Below, piece after piece: positions 53,842-55,725 of a DNA stretch of 55,725 bases. The DNA is from Octopus bimaculoides (lineage: Eukaryota): assembly GCF_001194135.2 (NCBI RefSeq), contig NC_068982.1, forward strand, positions 182,439,115 to 182,494,839. The letters run 5' to 3'. The translations under genes were made by a program, and so were the position numbers. The notes beneath the pieces are model-generated. The model ran no database searches. It was not told where the DNA came from and saw only the letters and a list, made by a program, of their open reading frames with translations. Position 1 is the stretch's first letter. Each line of letters starts with the position of its first letter.

Positions 53842-55725
53842 TAGAGAGAGATGTCTCCAAGTGTGTGTTGTGAGTGTGTATAGACATTATTATACTATGT
53901 ATGCCTTGTGTAATATATGGAATATGAATATTCAAGTTGAAAATTGGTTAAATGAATTAAACATGGTGAATACAATAAATCAATTTACTTAAAATAATTG
54001 ACGTGAATCAAATGATTAGGTTGCTGGCAGGAAGACTAAACAGTACGAACTGTTAGTAATTTATTATGCTTCGGACACACTTTATTCTGTACATTATTGG
54101 CTTTCACACTTTTAAAAACCTCACAAATACCCTGATGTCGATTATACAACCTTCAATCCTTCTAAACCTACTTCAAATACTTTTGTATATGTGCACACTT
54201 TCCCGAAGCTCATTTGATTTATTCTATACAGAAGTGTTAGTTTAGTCCCTATATGGCATTTAGGGCCTTAGAGCATGATGGAAGAAAGTGAGAAAGTATG
54301 CTCACATTAAATATTCCACCCAAATGCTTACTTCTGTCTGCGCTTCGTTAAAGACGCTATAATGCCTAATGCTGATGTGAAGCTAGGAGACGTATTAAAC
54401 TTACAAAGATAAGAATTCAGTGCACCACGAGCTTTAGAAGAGAAATTCACACAACGTTGTCTCCCATACACAAATATAAGAACTCGCACGTACATGTCAT
54501 ACAAACAAACTCTTATGCAATCTGTATTTGTCAGAAACATATACACACATTGGTATGTATTCTGGTCGCTATAGCCACTGATAAATAAATACAACGCATT
54601 AGAGGCAACTTAATGATGGAGTATCCACGGTGTCGATTGAGGTGCTTGAAATAGCTACAAGATATTGCAGGAGCAACTTCTTACGATCTTGAGGAAGGCA
54701 TTTTAAATAATGTATTTCTCCATATACTAAACACTTATATTAAATATAATGCAGATGGTAGCTAAGACTGGAAAGTTAAAGACCAATATAAAGGGACCTT
54801 GTATACCTAATTCATTTTATCCTTTACAATCTAATCAACATCCCTAGATCCTGTAGCATATACGAGCTAAAGTGTTTGTAACTTTCCTTCTACTCATAAA
54901 AAATGCAGACAGAAATAAAACTAATAATTTAATTACATATGCTGCTTCTCAGAACAAAAAAAAGTTAACCGGTATTATAGTGTCGATCTCTACAAAACAT
55001 CAATGATTATCTTCTAAGAGGTGCCGGACATGTGTTGCAGACGTTCACAACATCAGAAATGAGGCTGTTGGTAGACATTTGCAAACATTCCAAGAGGACA
55101 GCCACAGAAGAGTTTTGTTTTATAGTTATCAAATTGATAATAAAACCAACATACTACAAAATCTGACGTATACATCCTCTCTTGTAACTCACTTCTTCCG
55201 TTATTACACTTCATTGACTGAGTTACAAAGCCACATAACCGTCAACAAGTAATTCTCTCTCTCTCTCTTTCAGATACACACACACACACAAACATTTTTT
55301 CTGCTTCTTTCTCTCTGTCTCTTCTCCACTTTTCCCCTTCCCCCTCTCTCAGTTTTTCTTCACTCATTTACCGTATTGAACACTTCCTGCAGTGCTTAAT
55401 TCTAAAATAACATAAATCATGCACAAAAAGATTTCCCATGCCAACGATGACTAACATCATTAAAAACTGAACAGTACTGAAATCTCCCGCGATTTTAGAG
55501 AGGCTGGTGTTATTATGTCCAGCATTTCACCTTTTCCTTCGCTTCTAGCAAAATGTATTTACAAAGACAGGCGCTGGAAGAATACTTTACACACATAGTC
55601 AAATACACACATACACACAAACACATACACACACACCTGCACGCAGACATAGATACACACAGACTGACAAACACACACACACACTTGCACCCATATATGT
55701 ACATATATATATATATATATATATA

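Noticed and set aside
54405-54460. Minus exon QRCVNFSSKARGALNSYL with GTAAGT donor
   Set aside because: Acceptor is purine-rich and the CUB resemblance is too short to support.

Overview
AT-rich, microsatellite-dense, gapped eukaryotic genomic DNA. The SINE families, (TA)n/(GATA)n load and actin type suggest an octopod cephalopod (inference). No intact recognisable protein gene is present, and most listed ORFs are microsatellite or N-gap artefacts. Well-supported content: a truncated actin pseudogene (minus, 25286-25876); decayed RTE, CR1-like, three R4/Dong-like (RLE), Gypsy, Penelope-like (PLE) and maT/DD37D-like elements; a solo LTR; many tRNA-derived SINEs. Most notable: (1) hammerhead-ribozyme (HHR)-like cassettes occurring as divergent inverted pairs, including one composite at 50447-50925 where a tRNA head, an (AAT)n(AAC)n spacer and an HHR-bearing PLE-like tail form one unit with an inverted tail copy in front, a candidate PLE-mobilised SINE; (2) a by-eye reconstruction of a divergent CUB-like domain from three phase-compatible minus-strand exon candidates, plus other CUB-like pieces, hinting at a long-intron minus-strand gene. 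All family assignments come from motifs read by eye, and no searches were run.
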